Assembly: GCA_910588035.1 (NCBI GenBank) | Contig: CAJUPY010000007.1 | Span: 38,381-102,380 of the forward strand | Length of the DNA stretch: 64,000 nucleotides | Reading direction: 5' to 3' | Source: an uncultured Muribaculaceae bacterium | GTDB lineage: Bacteria > Bacteroidota > Bacteroidia > Bacteroidales > Muribaculaceae | Part shown: positions 15,588 to 25,113 of the stretch, in pieces | How the letters are laid out: every line of letters begins with the position of its first letter | Position numbering within the stretch: position 1 is the stretch's first letter | Program-made: the position numbers and the translations under genes | Notes under the pieces: generated by a model | Database searches by the model: none | The model's input: the letters and a program-made list of their open reading frames with translations, nothing else | What the model was told of the DNA's origin: nothing

Positions 15588-16682
15588 TCAGGTCGAGTAC
15601 AGCGTTCTGGGGAGTAGCTGCGGGAAGCTGCATGATCGCGCCGGGTTTTGCGGGATTCTCCACGATGACCATACACTGATTGCCGGGGCTGTCTCGCCGA
15701 TAGCCGGTGAAAGGAATCCGTCGGTGAAGTTGCACATGCCTACTTCTTCCCACTCGGGTTCGTCTTCATAGCCGGGGAGAACGACCTTGAACAGGCCGTG
15801 GGCGTTTGCAAGGTATCCTTTGCCATCGACAGGAGTACCGATCAGGAGTGATTTCGGCGGGAATTTGATTATACCGTTCTCAAGTGTTCCGAAATTGGCG
15901 GGATCGATGTCTTGGCCCTGTAACAAAGAATTACCGATCAAAGAACCGAACATATAGAAACCATCAAGATCGGGATCAAGAGTGATGCCGCTCTGCTGCC
16001 ATGTCTCGATCCAAACCTGTTTGGGATTGGTGGCATTGATGTAGAGATAGTGGATCTCGCTATCATCATAGAGGTGGTTGTAGGCGAAATTCTTGTAGGG
16101 ATCTACCAAACGGTAATAACCTTTTGTCACAGGGTGCTCCTGAATCTCGACTTCCCACTGCAGATTCTCGATGCGGTAGAGCGAAGCGATGAAGTCATCG
16201 CGATAGATAGCCTTTCCGAGATTTGTCCAGGGGAGATACTTGGCATTGAATGTCAGAGTCTTGGCATAGTAGGGAGTGTCTGTCACATCCTCACCCTCGA
16301 TAGAGACGGTGATTGTGTAGTCGAGGTTGATAGTAATTTTGTCAAGATCGAACGACATTGTGACAGGCGCGCTGTTTTTGCCGGCCTCGAAAGTCACGGT
16401 CGACGGAATGGTGATTCCCTCGCATGCAGGAGAGACTGACGAAGAGATGTTCACAACCTGCTCGGCACCTGCCTCGCTGCGGTAGATCGTGACGTCATAG
16501 CTGTCCATGCCGTCGACAATCTCGATCTCATTGTTTACTGCGGTAGAGAAATATACCGAAGCGGGTGCAACGGGCTCAGCCGCTGTATAGTCGACTTCGT
16601 CGGTGCAGGCGGTGAAACCCGCTGCTGCGGCGCCGGCGATGAGCGACATTATGAATTTATTGAGTTTCATTTTTGTAGTCAA
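15588..16682 (-). CDS. PUL-associated surface lipoprotein (SusE/F-position), apparently frameshifted near its 3' end
   Basis: Lipobox AAAAGFTAC. It lies directly downstream of SusD. A plausible C-terminus continues in another frame (ORF 15451..15753), with the switch at the G4/C4 run 15685..15688. Confidence 0.6.
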   Translation of the reverse strand: MTTKMKLNKFIMSLIAGAAAAGFTACTDEVDYTAAEPVAPASVYFSTAVNNEIEIVDGMDSYDVTIYRSEAGAEQVVNISSSVSPACEGITIPSTVTFEAGKNSAPVTMSFDLDKITINLDYTITVSIEGEDVTDTPYYAKTLTFNAKYLPWTNLGKAIYRDDFIASLYRIENLQWEVEIQEHPVTKGYYRLVDPYKNFAYNHLYDDSEIHYLYINATNPKQVWIETWQQSGITLDPDLDGFYMFGSLIGNSLLQGQDIDPANFGTLENGIIKFPPKSLLIGTPVDGKGYLANAHGLFKVVLPGYEDEPEWEEVGMCNFTDGFLSPAIGETAPAISVWSSWRIPQNPARSCSFPQLLPRTLYST

Positions 16683-16689
16683 CTATAGA

Positions 16690-18315
16690 TTAATAGGTTA
16701 CAGAGTATTTCTCAGACGCATACACACCGCTCGGATCGGGGTTGTTGAAACCGACAAGAGCTCGGTTGTTGTTCTGCTCTGAACGGATTATGACTATATT
16801 CATCCATGCCGGACGGGTGGTTGTGTTGAACTGGGTACCTTCCTGGAACTTTGTGCCGTCATAGCCGCGCACAACCGGTTTGTTCAGACGTTTGTAGTCA
16901 AAGTAGATCAGACCCTCGCCCCAGAACTCGGCACGTTTCTGCTGGAAGACCTCGTCGACGATGTCAGGGTTGGTGCAGGTGTAGTTGGTGTCACGATATT
17001 TCATGAACGACTCGAGAAGGCTCTTGCCCTGTGCTGCATTGGTGTGGGCTGTAGCCTCAGCCTCGATCAGGTACATCTCCTCGACACGCATCAGAGGAAC
17101 TGCCACGGCACAAGAGATGTTGTAATCGTCCATATTGCCCTGACCTGGACGGAATTTCAGCGAGGCATAGGGGCAAAGCTCAATGTCGCTTGCTGCAAGC
17201 TGCTCTCTGTTGATGAACGGAACCTGAGATTCGAGCGGGCTTCCGACAGGTGCCACATAAGAGAGCTTGCGGAAGTCGGTGTCGTTCATTTTGTCATAGA
17301 GACGCGGATCGATCATCAGGAGAGGTTCGGGCGAACTGTAGCCGAACGAGGTCTCGTTGCTCATCCATGATGTCCAGTTGATGATACCAGTCTGAACCTG
17401 ATCATCTTCCTTGACGATCTGCATACCCATCATCCACGACGGGGTGCTGAGCGTGTTGAAACCTGTCGCGCGGTCGAGCCACTGATCTTTGGTGGTCGGG
17501 GTGGCACCCGATTCGTTGATAGCCTTGCGGGCATATTCGGCTGCCTTCGGATAGTTCTCGTCCCACATGTAGAGACGGGCTTTCAGACCATAGACAACAG
17601 CGAGGTCGGGCATTGTCTTCGAGGTGCGGGCCTGGGCTACGATCAGCTCCTCAGCCTTGTCGAGGTCACCGAGAATGAACTCAGACATCTCGGCATGGGG
17701 ACGACGGGGATTGACACGCGCCTCAGCCTCGGTCATGGCCTCGGTGATGATAGGCACGGTCAGACCGGTCACATCGTTGCCGCCTGCGCTTGCTGAGGTC
17801 CCGTCATTGGGAAGGTACTCATACATGCGGGCGAGGTCGAGATAGGCGAACGCACGCATGGCGTAACCGGCTCCGAGGAAATATTTGAGGTCGGCACGCT
17901 CTGTGTTGGGGTCGACAGAACCGATCGTGTTGTTGGCTGTCAGAACCTGTCCGTAGAGGAAGTTCCAGATGAACTGGCAATAGACATAGCCATCGCCCTG
18001 ATATGAATTATTCTCCCAACGCAGATACCAGTCATAGCCCGAAGGAGAGTATTTGACCGGCATGTCGGCGGTCATGACGTCGCGAATGTGCATGATCGAG
18101 CCATAACCCCAGTCGAAATGAAGGTCGTCACGGCCGAGAACGAAGACAGAGTTGAGGTTTGAAGGCATTGCCATTGCAAACGAGCTGGCTGCGCTCGGAG
18201 AAGACATGACCTGCTTCTGAGTCACGATGTTGGTCGGAATAGTCTCCTCGATACAGCCTGTGAGGGCGGTAGAGGTGATTCCGGCAAACAGGAGTGCTTT
18301 ATATATTGTTTTCAT
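16690..18315 (-). CDS. SusD/RagB-family nutrient-binding outer-membrane lipoprotein
   Basis: Lipobox ALTGCIEE, 541 aa, 21 nt downstream of a SusC-like gene, TPR-like helical composition. Confidence 0.85.
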   Translation of the reverse strand: MKTIYKALLFAGITSTALTGCIEETIPTNIVTQKQVMSSPSAASSFAMAMPSNLNSVFVLGRDDLHFDWGYGSIMHIRDVMTADMPVKYSPSGYDWYLRWENNSYQGDGYVYCQFIWNFLYGQVLTANNTIGSVDPNTERADLKYFLGAGYAMRAFAYLDLARMYEYLPNDGTSASAGGNDVTGLTVPIITEAMTEAEARVNPRRPHAEMSEFILGDLDKAEELIVAQARTSKTMPDLAVVYGLKARLYMWDENYPKAAEYARKAINESGATPTTKDQWLDRATGFNTLSTPSWMMGMQIVKEDDQVQTGIINWTSWMSNETSFGYSSPEPLLMIDPRLYDKMNDTDFRKLSYVAPVGSPLESQVPFINREQLAASDIELCPYASLKFRPGQGNMDDYNISCAVAVPLMRVEEMYLIEAEATAHTNAAQGKSLLESFMKYRDTNYTCTNPDIVDEVFQQKRAEFWGEGLIYFDYKRLNKPVVRGYDGTKFQEGTQFNTTTRPAWMNIVIIRSEQNNNRALVGFNNPDPSGVYASEKYSVTY

Positions 18316-18336
18316 TGCCTTTAGTCGTTATTGTTG

Positions 18337-21300
18337 TTAGAAAGTGATGTTGATACCACCTGAAATTGTGCGGATCGGAGAGTAGTAGCTGTTGTTTGCA
18401 GATCCCGCGTCTGAACGGTTGCCACCGTTTTCTGTAGTCACGAGAGCCTGACGCGGATCGAGACCCTGACGTTTGCTCCACAACCAGATGTTGTCGGCGT
18501 TGACATAGAGGCGGAGCGAGCGGAGCTGCAGTTTCTTGGTGATGTTCTCAGGCAAGGTAAAACCTATGGCGAGGTTCTGGAAGCTGAGATATGAAGCGTC
18601 GGTCAACCAGCGGTCGGAGCTTGCGTTGCTGTACTGGTCACCATACTGGTAACGGGGCACGTCGGTTGCGGTATTCTCGGGAGTCCATGCGTTGAGAATG
18701 TCTTTGTGCATGTTCTGTCCCTTGCCCGAGCTGGCATCGGGAGAAGTCATCATGGATGCGTATGTGCCGTCGTAGGCCTTGCCGCCGATAGAGTAGACAA
18801 ACGAAGCGTTGACATCAAACCATTTGTAGCGGAATGCTGTTCCGAAACCACCGTAGACTTTCGGTTGCATGTCGTCAACGAGGAACTCGTCGGCCTCTGA
18901 ATACTTGTTTGTGGTGACAAGATTTCCTGTTTTAACCATTGTGGGCTTGCCGTCAATCTCGACTTCTGCCATCTCATGTTTGTACCAGAGAGACTCACCG
19001 GTGGCTTTGTCGACACCTGCGAAACGTTTCAGATACCATGTGTAGAGGGGTTTGCCCTCACCAAAGAAGTGGCTGCCGCTGCTGTAGCCATAGACACCGT
19101 CGACCTCCATGGTCTTCTTGTCTTCGGGCAGGTAGGTGATCTTGTTCTTGTAGTGTGTGAGGTTGAGATTGATATCCCACTGGAAATCTTTGGTATTGAT
19201 GATTGTTCCGCTCAAATCGAGCTCGACACCTTGGTTGGCCATGTCACCGACGTTGGCATAGTAGCCGGTGTAGCCCATCGACGGCGGGAGTGTGAACCAG
19301 AAGAGCATGTCTGATGTCTTGCGGTAGAAGTATTCGACACTACCGCTGAGACGGTTGTTGAAGAGCTCGAACTCAACGCCGGCGTTGAAGTTACCGTTTT
19401 TCTCCCATGTGATCTTCTCGTTACCCATGCGGTAGGGGGTCACTGACACCTGTCCGTTTGAGTTGACGACGTCATAAGTGTTGATGTAGAGGTAGTCACC
19501 GATGTTGTCATTACCCTGCTCACCGTAAGAAGCTTTGATCTTCAACATGTTGATCCACTCTTTGTCGGCGAGGAAGTTCTCTTTCGAGATCAACCATGCG
19601 CCACCAAACGACCAGAAGTTACCCCAGCGGTGTTTGGGATGGAAGCGTGAAGATGCGTCGCGACGGAACGAAGCCGATGCGAAATATTTCGAATCGTAGT
19701 TATACTGGGCACGCATGAGCCAGCCTTCGTTGTTGTAGTTGGTGGTGTATGATGTCGTCGAGCCGACATTGATCATTCCGGCAAGTTCCATGTTGCTCGG
19801 GTCAAACATGTTTGTGCGTGAACCTGACAGATAGGTGTAGCGGTTCCAGTAGCTTTCGTGACCAAGGAGCACATCGACGCTGTGGCTGCCGAAATCATGA
19901 GCCCATGTGAGCAACTGCTGATAGGTGTAGCTGATGCGGCGTGTGTGAGATTTGGTCAGCATACCGTTGTTTTTCGAATACGCTCCGTAGTAGGGGTTGG
20001 TAAACGAAGTTGTACGCTGGTCAAGATAGTTCATCGAGTTGTTTGAGGTAAACTTGAAGTCTTTGAGGAAACGGATCTCTGCCGAGCCTGAAGCACTGAA
20101 TGCGTTTCCGCTGACAGAAGCCTCGTCGAGAATAGCTGAGCCGATTGCGTTGGTGTTACCACCGAGAACCGGACGTGTCATACCGGCGTTGGTGCCTGCA
20201 CCGTAGTCATAGACAATGTTGCCATTCTGGTCGCGCATCACATTGCCCTGGGCATCGCGGATGTAAAGAGGATAGATCGGAGCGACCGAGCTCACCACTG
20301 CAAACGGGTTGCCCGATGAACCTGACGAACCTTCGTCACCACCGAACTGCTCACGCTCGAAGTGGGTGTAGCTCATGTTACCACCGACTTTCAGCCACGG
20401 TTTAGCCTGTGTGTCGGCAGTCAGACGGCCTGTGAAACGTTTGAAGCCCGATTTGGGTGTGATACCCTCGTTGTCGAGGTAACCGGCCGAAAGATAGAAG
20501 TTGTCGCTGTCGGTTGCCTTGGCTACGCTGAGGTTGTATTCCTGACGCAGACCGTGTCCGTAGGCCTCGTCGGTCCAGTTGTCGGGAGTGACCCAGAAGT
20601 TACCTACCAGACGGCCGAGGGTAGCCTGGGGGTTGAATTTTCCGTTGGTTCCGATCAGCGGCTGTCCGTTGGGAGTGGTGTAGATATTGTAACCGAGGCC
20701 ATACTGATTGGTCGAAGTGAGGTTCTGGTTAGCCCAAGCGTTTGCGGCGGCAGCGCTCATGCCGTTGGCCTGAGCATAGCGGTTGAGGGCACCGTAGTAA
20801 GTCTCGTAGTACATCGCGGGGTTGCTGATGTTGACATAGTCTTGCTGAGAACGGCTGTTCTGTCCCCATTTGGCATCGACAGTGACAACTGCCTCACCCG
20901 ATTTTGCACGTTTGGTTGTGATCAAGATGACACCGTTTGCACCGCGGGCACCGTAGAGGGCGTTTGAGGCGGCGTCTTTAAGAATTGTCATCGAGGCGAT
21001 ATCCTGGGTGTTGATCGTGTTGAGTGAACCGGCGAAAGGAGCACCGTCGACAACGATCAGGGGCTCTGTGCCTGCGGTGATTGACGAGATACCGCGGATA
21101 AGTATTGAAGGTGCGTCAGCACCGGGTGCGCCTGACAGATTTGTCATCTGGACACCGGCTACCTTACCTGTGAGAGCGTTAAGCGGGTTAGAGACCTGGG
21201 CACGTTCGATCTCGGCGGCGTCAATGACGGCGGCCGAACCGGTGAATGCCGATTTCTTTGCTGTACCGTAGGCGACCACCATCACCTCGTCGAGCTGGGT

Positions 21301-21588
21301 GGTGTTGCGGAGAGCGATGCGGATATCGGTGCCTGCATTGACCACCTGGGTCTCATAGCCGACATACGAAACGCGAAGTTTGCTTACGGTTGAAGGCACG
21401 CTGAGCGAGAACCGGCCATCGATGTCGGTGACTACGCCCAAAGTGGTTCCTTCGGCGTGAATGGCAGCCCCCATCAAGGGTTCGCCGTCTTCAGCCGAGA
21501 CAACAGTTCCTGACACCGTCTTGTTTTGCGCAACTGCGCAAAGAGCGGTCATCATCACTGTCATGAGTAATAGAAACAGCTTTTTCAT
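18337..21588 (-). CDS. SusC/RagA-family TonB-dependent outer-membrane transporter
   Basis: Signal peptide, carboxypeptidase-regulatory-like N-domain (VSGTVVSAEDGEPLMGAAI...DGRFSL) and plug region (VVVAYGTAKKSAFTGS). Size is 1083 aa, with a C-terminal ...GGINITF. Confidence 0.92.
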   Translation of the reverse strand: MKKLFLLLMTVMMTALCAVAQNKTVSGTVVSAEDGEPLMGAAIHAEGTTLGVVTDIDGRFSLSVPSTVSKLRVSYVGYETQVVNAGTDIRIALRNTTQLDEVMVVAYGTAKKSAFTGSAAVIDAAEIERAQVSNPLNALTGKVAGVQMTNLSGAPGADAPSILIRGISSITAGTEPLIVVDGAPFAGSLNTINTQDIASMTILKDAASNALYGARGANGVILITTKRAKSGEAVVTVDAKWGQNSRSQQDYVNISNPAMYYETYYGALNRYAQANGMSAAAANAWANQNLTSTNQYGLGYNIYTTPNGQPLIGTNGKFNPQATLGRLVGNFWVTPDNWTDEAYGHGLRQEYNLSVAKATDSDNFYLSAGYLDNEGITPKSGFKRFTGRLTADTQAKPWLKVGGNMSYTHFEREQFGGDEGSSGSSGNPFAVVSSVAPIYPLYIRDAQGNVMRDQNGNIVYDYGAGTNAGMTRPVLGGNTNAIGSAILDEASVSGNAFSASGSAEIRFLKDFKFTSNNSMNYLDQRTTSFTNPYYGAYSKNNGMLTKSHTRRISYTYQQLLTWAHDFGSHSVDVLLGHESYWNRYTYLSGSRTNMFDPSNMELAGMINVGSTTSYTTNYNNEGWLMRAQYNYDSKYFASASFRRDASSRFHPKHRWGNFWSFGGAWLISKENFLADKEWINMLKIKASYGEQGNDNIGDYLYINTYDVVNSNGQVSVTPYRMGNEKITWEKNGNFNAGVEFELFNNRLSGSVEYFYRKTSDMLFWFTLPPSMGYTGYYANVGDMANQGVELDLSGTIINTKDFQWDINLNLTHYKNKITYLPEDKKTMEVDGVYGYSSGSHFFGEGKPLYTWYLKRFAGVDKATGESLWYKHEMAEVEIDGKPTMVKTGNLVTTNKYSEADEFLVDDMQPKVYGGFGTAFRYKWFDVNASFVYSIGGKAYDGTYASMMTSPDASSGKGQNMHKDILNAWTPENTATDVPRYQYGDQYSNASSDRWLTDASYLSFQNLAIGFTLPENITKKLQLRSLRLYVNADNIWLWSKRQGLDPRQALVTTENGGNRSDAGSANNSYYSPIRTISGGINITF

Positions 21589-21689
21589 ACTAATTTATTA
21601 ATAAGACAATAGAATTAATTATTGAGTCAAAATGAAGATAAACAGCACGTTTTGCATTCCACTTGATAAGTAGAAGTGAAAGTTTCGCG

Positions 21690-21697
21690 CAAAGTTA
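21690..21697 (-). promoter_or_regulatory. Candidate -7 promoter box (TAACTTTG) upstream of SusC 18337..21588
   Basis: The reverse complement of caaagtta matches TAnnTTTG, about 100 nt before the ATG. Confidence 0.3.
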
Positions 21698-21816
21698 ATA
21701 CATTTTTAACGATTATAAGCAAGATATATTATGGAAAATGACGATTTAACATTTAAATAATATTGTTTTATAGCATAATTGTGCGATTATGTTGTAAAAA
21801 ACGCGATAAAACACAA

Positions 21817-21849
21817 GAAAACCCCGGAACGCGGTGTCCCGGGGTTTTC
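21817..21849 (-). terminator. Rho-independent terminator after the fimbrillin gene
   Basis: 11-bp stem gaaaaccccgg / ccggggttttc with an 11-nt loop, followed by T-rich sequence on the minus strand. Confidence 0.6.
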
Positions 21850-21870
21850 AAAGAGCGGTTATGTCAGTTA

Positions 21871-22950
21871 TCAATGGCTGTAGCTTGTCTGAACATCGAC
21901 GTAGGTATCGACGGTCGGGGTTCCGAACTCGATCGCACCCATATCTTCGTTTGCATTCACGACCACATTATAAATGTAGTGGTAGCCCGGTTTCCACTCT
22001 GAGAACTGGCTCGTCGAGAGCGGGAATTTGAGAAGGCCATCGTCGTTTGTGCTTCCCTCCACTATATTCTCTGAGGGAGTGTTGGCGTTAGGCCACAGTT
22101 TGACATTGGTCTTGGCATCGTAGACCGAGCACATCAACATGATGTAGTTGTCGTCTTTCGCACCCATTGAGCGCCAGTTCAAGATCTGCGGAATCAGGAA
22201 TTTCGGTCCGCCGAGGCCGGTTTCGCTCAGATCGACCGGAGTGGTGGTCAGAGTCACCACATCTGACTGGGTCGAAGACATGTGGAGCAGATAGGGGAAG
22301 CTGTCAGACTGGTTCGACCAGGTTCCGACAGTCTGATCTGTCGGAGCTCCCGACGTTGTGTTTTTCGGGAATGTGAACTCACCGCTGCTCTTGACATTGG
22401 CCAGGGCAACATTTGTCACATTGACTTTCAGATCGGTGTTGGTCGAACTCAGGAGCACCGTGACCTTTGACAGCGCGTGGCGGAAATTGAACACCACCTG
22501 TGCGTTACCGCCCGCCCCGTTACCGCTCAGTCCGGCGGCCACGGCATAGATCAGGTCGGTCTTAGCCTCATGGTTGGAATACTTCACCGGAGCAAGAGTG
22601 CCGGCCGTACCGATCCACGATGACGGCGCATAGGCATAGAAGTCGACTGTGCCGGCCGGCCAGTATTTCAAAGGTGAATAAGTCCATGTGTTGGACGCTG
22701 TCTTGGTGACGGTCACATTATCCATGAACAAAGTCGGAGCCGAGCCTCCGTTGGTGTAGGCATACACATTGAACTCCGTGAGATTATTGGTCGTCACATC
22801 GCCCGCACGCGAATTGAAATCGGTGTTGGCGGCAAATCTGATCGCACCGTCTTCGGCGATAGTGCTCTCCCTGTCATTTTCAGAACAGGCGGCAAGAGCA
22901 GTCATCAAAGCCAAGGCAGCCGATGCCGGAATAATTGTCTGTAGTTTCAT
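21871..22950 (-). CDS. Fimbrillin-family (Mfa/FimA-like) fimbrial subunit lipoprotein
   Basis: Lipobox MTALAACSEND, ~360 aa, beta-rich. It is the third gene after DUF3575 and DUF5119/Mfa2-like genes, the canonical Bacteroidales arrangement. Confidence 0.65.
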   Translation of the reverse strand: MKLQTIIPASAALALMTALAACSENDRESTIAEDGAIRFAANTDFNSRAGDVTTNNLTEFNVYAYTNGGSAPTLFMDNVTVTKTASNTWTYSPLKYWPAGTVDFYAYAPSSWIGTAGTLAPVKYSNHEAKTDLIYAVAAGLSGNGAGGNAQVVFNFRHALSKVTVLLSSTNTDLKVNVTNVALANVKSSGEFTFPKNTTSGAPTDQTVGTWSNQSDSFPYLLHMSSTQSDVVTLTTTPVDLSETGLGGPKFLIPQILNWRSMGAKDDNYIMLMCSVYDAKTNVKLWPNANTPSENIVEGSTNDDGLLKFPLSTSQFSEWKPGYHYIYNVVVNANEDMGAIEFGTPTVDTYVDVQTSYSH

Positions 22951-22976
22951 AAAATAAAAGATTAAATAATTATAAA

Positions 22977-23930
22977 TCAGGTTGTAATATCAATCTTTAT
23001 GACGTGCCAGCCGTCGACACCAACGACTATGCCGACATCATCACCATCTCCGCCGGGGGGCGTTGGAGAACCGGGTGGCGGAATCTCGACACTGTCAATA
23101 ACAATCGTGACATCGCGCGGGTCAGCAGCTCCGGCGACCTGAGATGTCACATCATACTCCTTGGCAAGCGCGACACCGTCGGTGCGCACCACCTGAAGTC
23201 TGGCCATGAACTTCTGCCGTCCCGGCAAAACACCGAAAGCGGTCGACTTCCCCTCGAGCCGGTTCTCAGCTTCAAGAATCTCCATGTCTACAGCCAGAGA
23301 CACCCCCGGTTCACACATCTGATCACTGGCGATTCTCACACCGGAGGCGACGTCGTCGAGCAAAACCGCCACACGCCGCGCATATCCGATGCCTTCGACA
23401 TGCCTGACAACGACCGTGTAATTGCAGAAGCGACGCTCGGGCAATGCCCTGACAAGACCGAACGGACATTCCTTGCACCCACCGCTGTCCCGCGTATATT
23501 CCACTCCGCAGGGGGTGATGCTTATCTTGTCGACCGTAGCGCAATAGAGATCGCCCGAACTGTCTGCGACACCGTTGATGACGCGTAAAGATGCAGTTAC
23601 AGCGTCGGCCGATGTCTGTTCCGACATGGTGACTGCCGGAAGATCATTGTTATAGGCAACGAGACTGTAGTTGCCGTCGGGAAGTGAAACCGTTCCGCCG
23701 TCACGGCCCGCTATGTCAAACCGCCAGATTCTACTTCTGGAGTCCAATGGAAAAAAGTATAGTGTCATGCCCTTGGGCGAGGCACCGGGATAACGGTCCC
23801 AGTTGAACAGAACCTTTATCTCGCGCTCGTCGGTCGACGGATCGGCAATCTCCTTGTGGTCGCACCCCGTCATCACACCTGTCAGTATCATCGACAGCAA
23901 CATCATGATATGTGCGGCATGGCGTCTCAT
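22977..23930 (-). CDS. DUF5119 / FimB-Mfa2-like fimbrial anchor-type lipoprotein
   Basis: Lipobox LTGVMTGCDHKE, 317 aa. ATGA overlap with the upstream DUF3575-like gene. Confidence 0.55.
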   Translation of the reverse strand: MRRHAAHIMMLLSMILTGVMTGCDHKEIADPSTDEREIKVLFNWDRYPGASPKGMTLYFFPLDSRSRIWRFDIAGRDGGTVSLPDGNYSLVAYNNDLPAVTMSEQTSADAVTASLRVINGVADSSGDLYCATVDKISITPCGVEYTRDSGGCKECPFGLVRALPERRFCNYTVVVRHVEGIGYARRVAVLLDDVASGVRIASDQMCEPGVSLAVDMEILEAENRLEGKSTAFGVLPGRQKFMARLQVVRTDGVALAKEYDVTSQVAGAADPRDVTIVIDSVEIPPPGSPTPPGGDGDDVGIVVGVDGWHVIKIDITT

Positions 23931-24586
23931 AAGTTTATAACCGGATTATTTCCGTTTCCTTTTCCGGGAAACCACACCAATGAAATCTCAAGACCGGTAA
24001 TGCCGAAATAATGGTTGCGGCCACGATAGGTGCTGACATATTCCCCACACTGCGGGATATATTCCGTTCGCCGGCCCGTGGCATATCCCGCCTTGATGCC
24101 GAAATCGATATTCATTCGCCGGCTGATTTTAAGCGAGTAGCCATAAGCAATGCCAATGCCGAGAGTCTGTGGAGACTGCCATCCTTTGTGACCGAATTCG
24201 AAATCATAGCTGTGATATGAACCATAGAGCCCAACATGGTGCCCGGTCATCAGACGCGAACCGTCGCCCGACAGAAACCACCGTCTCATCTCGATCCAGC
24301 CGCCGTAAACACGCCAGCAGCGGTTGCGGCTGTGGCGGCTCCACCATGCCCACACCGCCTCACCGGCAAATGACCATTGCGGCGTCGGACAAAGTTCGAC
24401 GCCGAGGTCAGGAGTCAGCGCGGCACAGTAGAGCGCGTTGGCCCTGACAGCCACACGAGGCTTCATACCGTCATAGTCAGCACTTTGCCCCACAGCCGCG
24501 AAAACCGCTGACACCACCGTAGCCAAAATGACGAGAAAATGCCTCAAGACCGTCAATATGTCATTTTCAGAGTCAGTCATTGTCAA
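23927..24586 (-). CDS. DUF3575-like outer-membrane beta-barrel protein (fimbrial locus)
   Basis: VAVRANALYCAALTPDLGVEL...WSFAGEAVWAWW resembles the DUF3575 N-terminal signature. It is the first gene of the fimbrial operon. Confidence 0.6.
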   Translation of the reverse strand: MTMTDSENDILTVLRHFLVILATVVSAVFAAVGQSADYDGMKPRVAVRANALYCAALTPDLGVELCPTPQWSFAGEAVWAWWSRHSRNRCWRVYGGWIEMRRWFLSGDGSRLMTGHHVGLYGSYHSYDFEFGHKGWQSPQTLGIGIAYGYSLKISRRMNIDFGIKAGYATGRRTEYIPQCGEYVSTYRGRNHYFGITGLEISLVWFPGKGNGNNPVINL

Positions 24587-24702
24587 TAATGTTTGTCTAT
24601 TATTAACATCTTGAAACGTCTGATTGTTGCACGAAACCGATATTAACGTGACTCAAAAACCCACAAAATCTCCTATCAGTTGCAACAGTTGGAAATTTTG
24701 CG

Positions 24703-24710
24703 TAATTTTG
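24703..24710 (+). promoter_or_regulatory. Candidate -7 promoter box (TAATTTTG) for the plus-strand operon starting at 24739
   Basis: Matches TAnnTTTG, 29 nt before the ATG. Confidence 0.35.
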
Positions 24711-24738
24711 CCTTGATTAATTAAGTTACAATACAGTC

Positions 24739-25113
24739 ATGACAGAAGAAACACTTAAAAGTCTTGCCGGCGATAACGACGGATTGTTGACTTATGAATA
24801 TATCGCCAACCACATCGAATCATGTCACGAAGATATCGACAGCCTCATAGAAAACATGGAACGTGCCGACCTGACCGGGCAGTTCCTGGTCAGCACCGCC
24901 CGTTATCTCAATGCAATTGACAGCGACCGGTTCGCTCCGGCGATAAAACGTCTGATCGCGACCGCAATCGAACGCGACCGCGAGCACCGCTACATCGGCG
25001 ACCTGCTCCCCGAAATCTGGGGCGACGACTATGCCGACCATGTTGTCGAGCTCAGCAATGCCGACGACAACTTCCGCCGCATCTACAAACGTCTGTTTCC
25101 AAAGGGCTTCTGA
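24739..25113 (+). CDS. Hypothetical protein (124 aa)
   Basis: Clean ORF. The stop overlaps the next start (TGATG). Confidence 0.55.
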   Translation: MTEETLKSLAGDNDGLLTYEYIANHIESCHEDIDSLIENMERADLTGQFLVSTARYLNAIDSDRFAPAIKRLIATAIERDREHRYIGDLLPEIWGDDYADHVVELSNADDNFRRIYKRLFPKGF

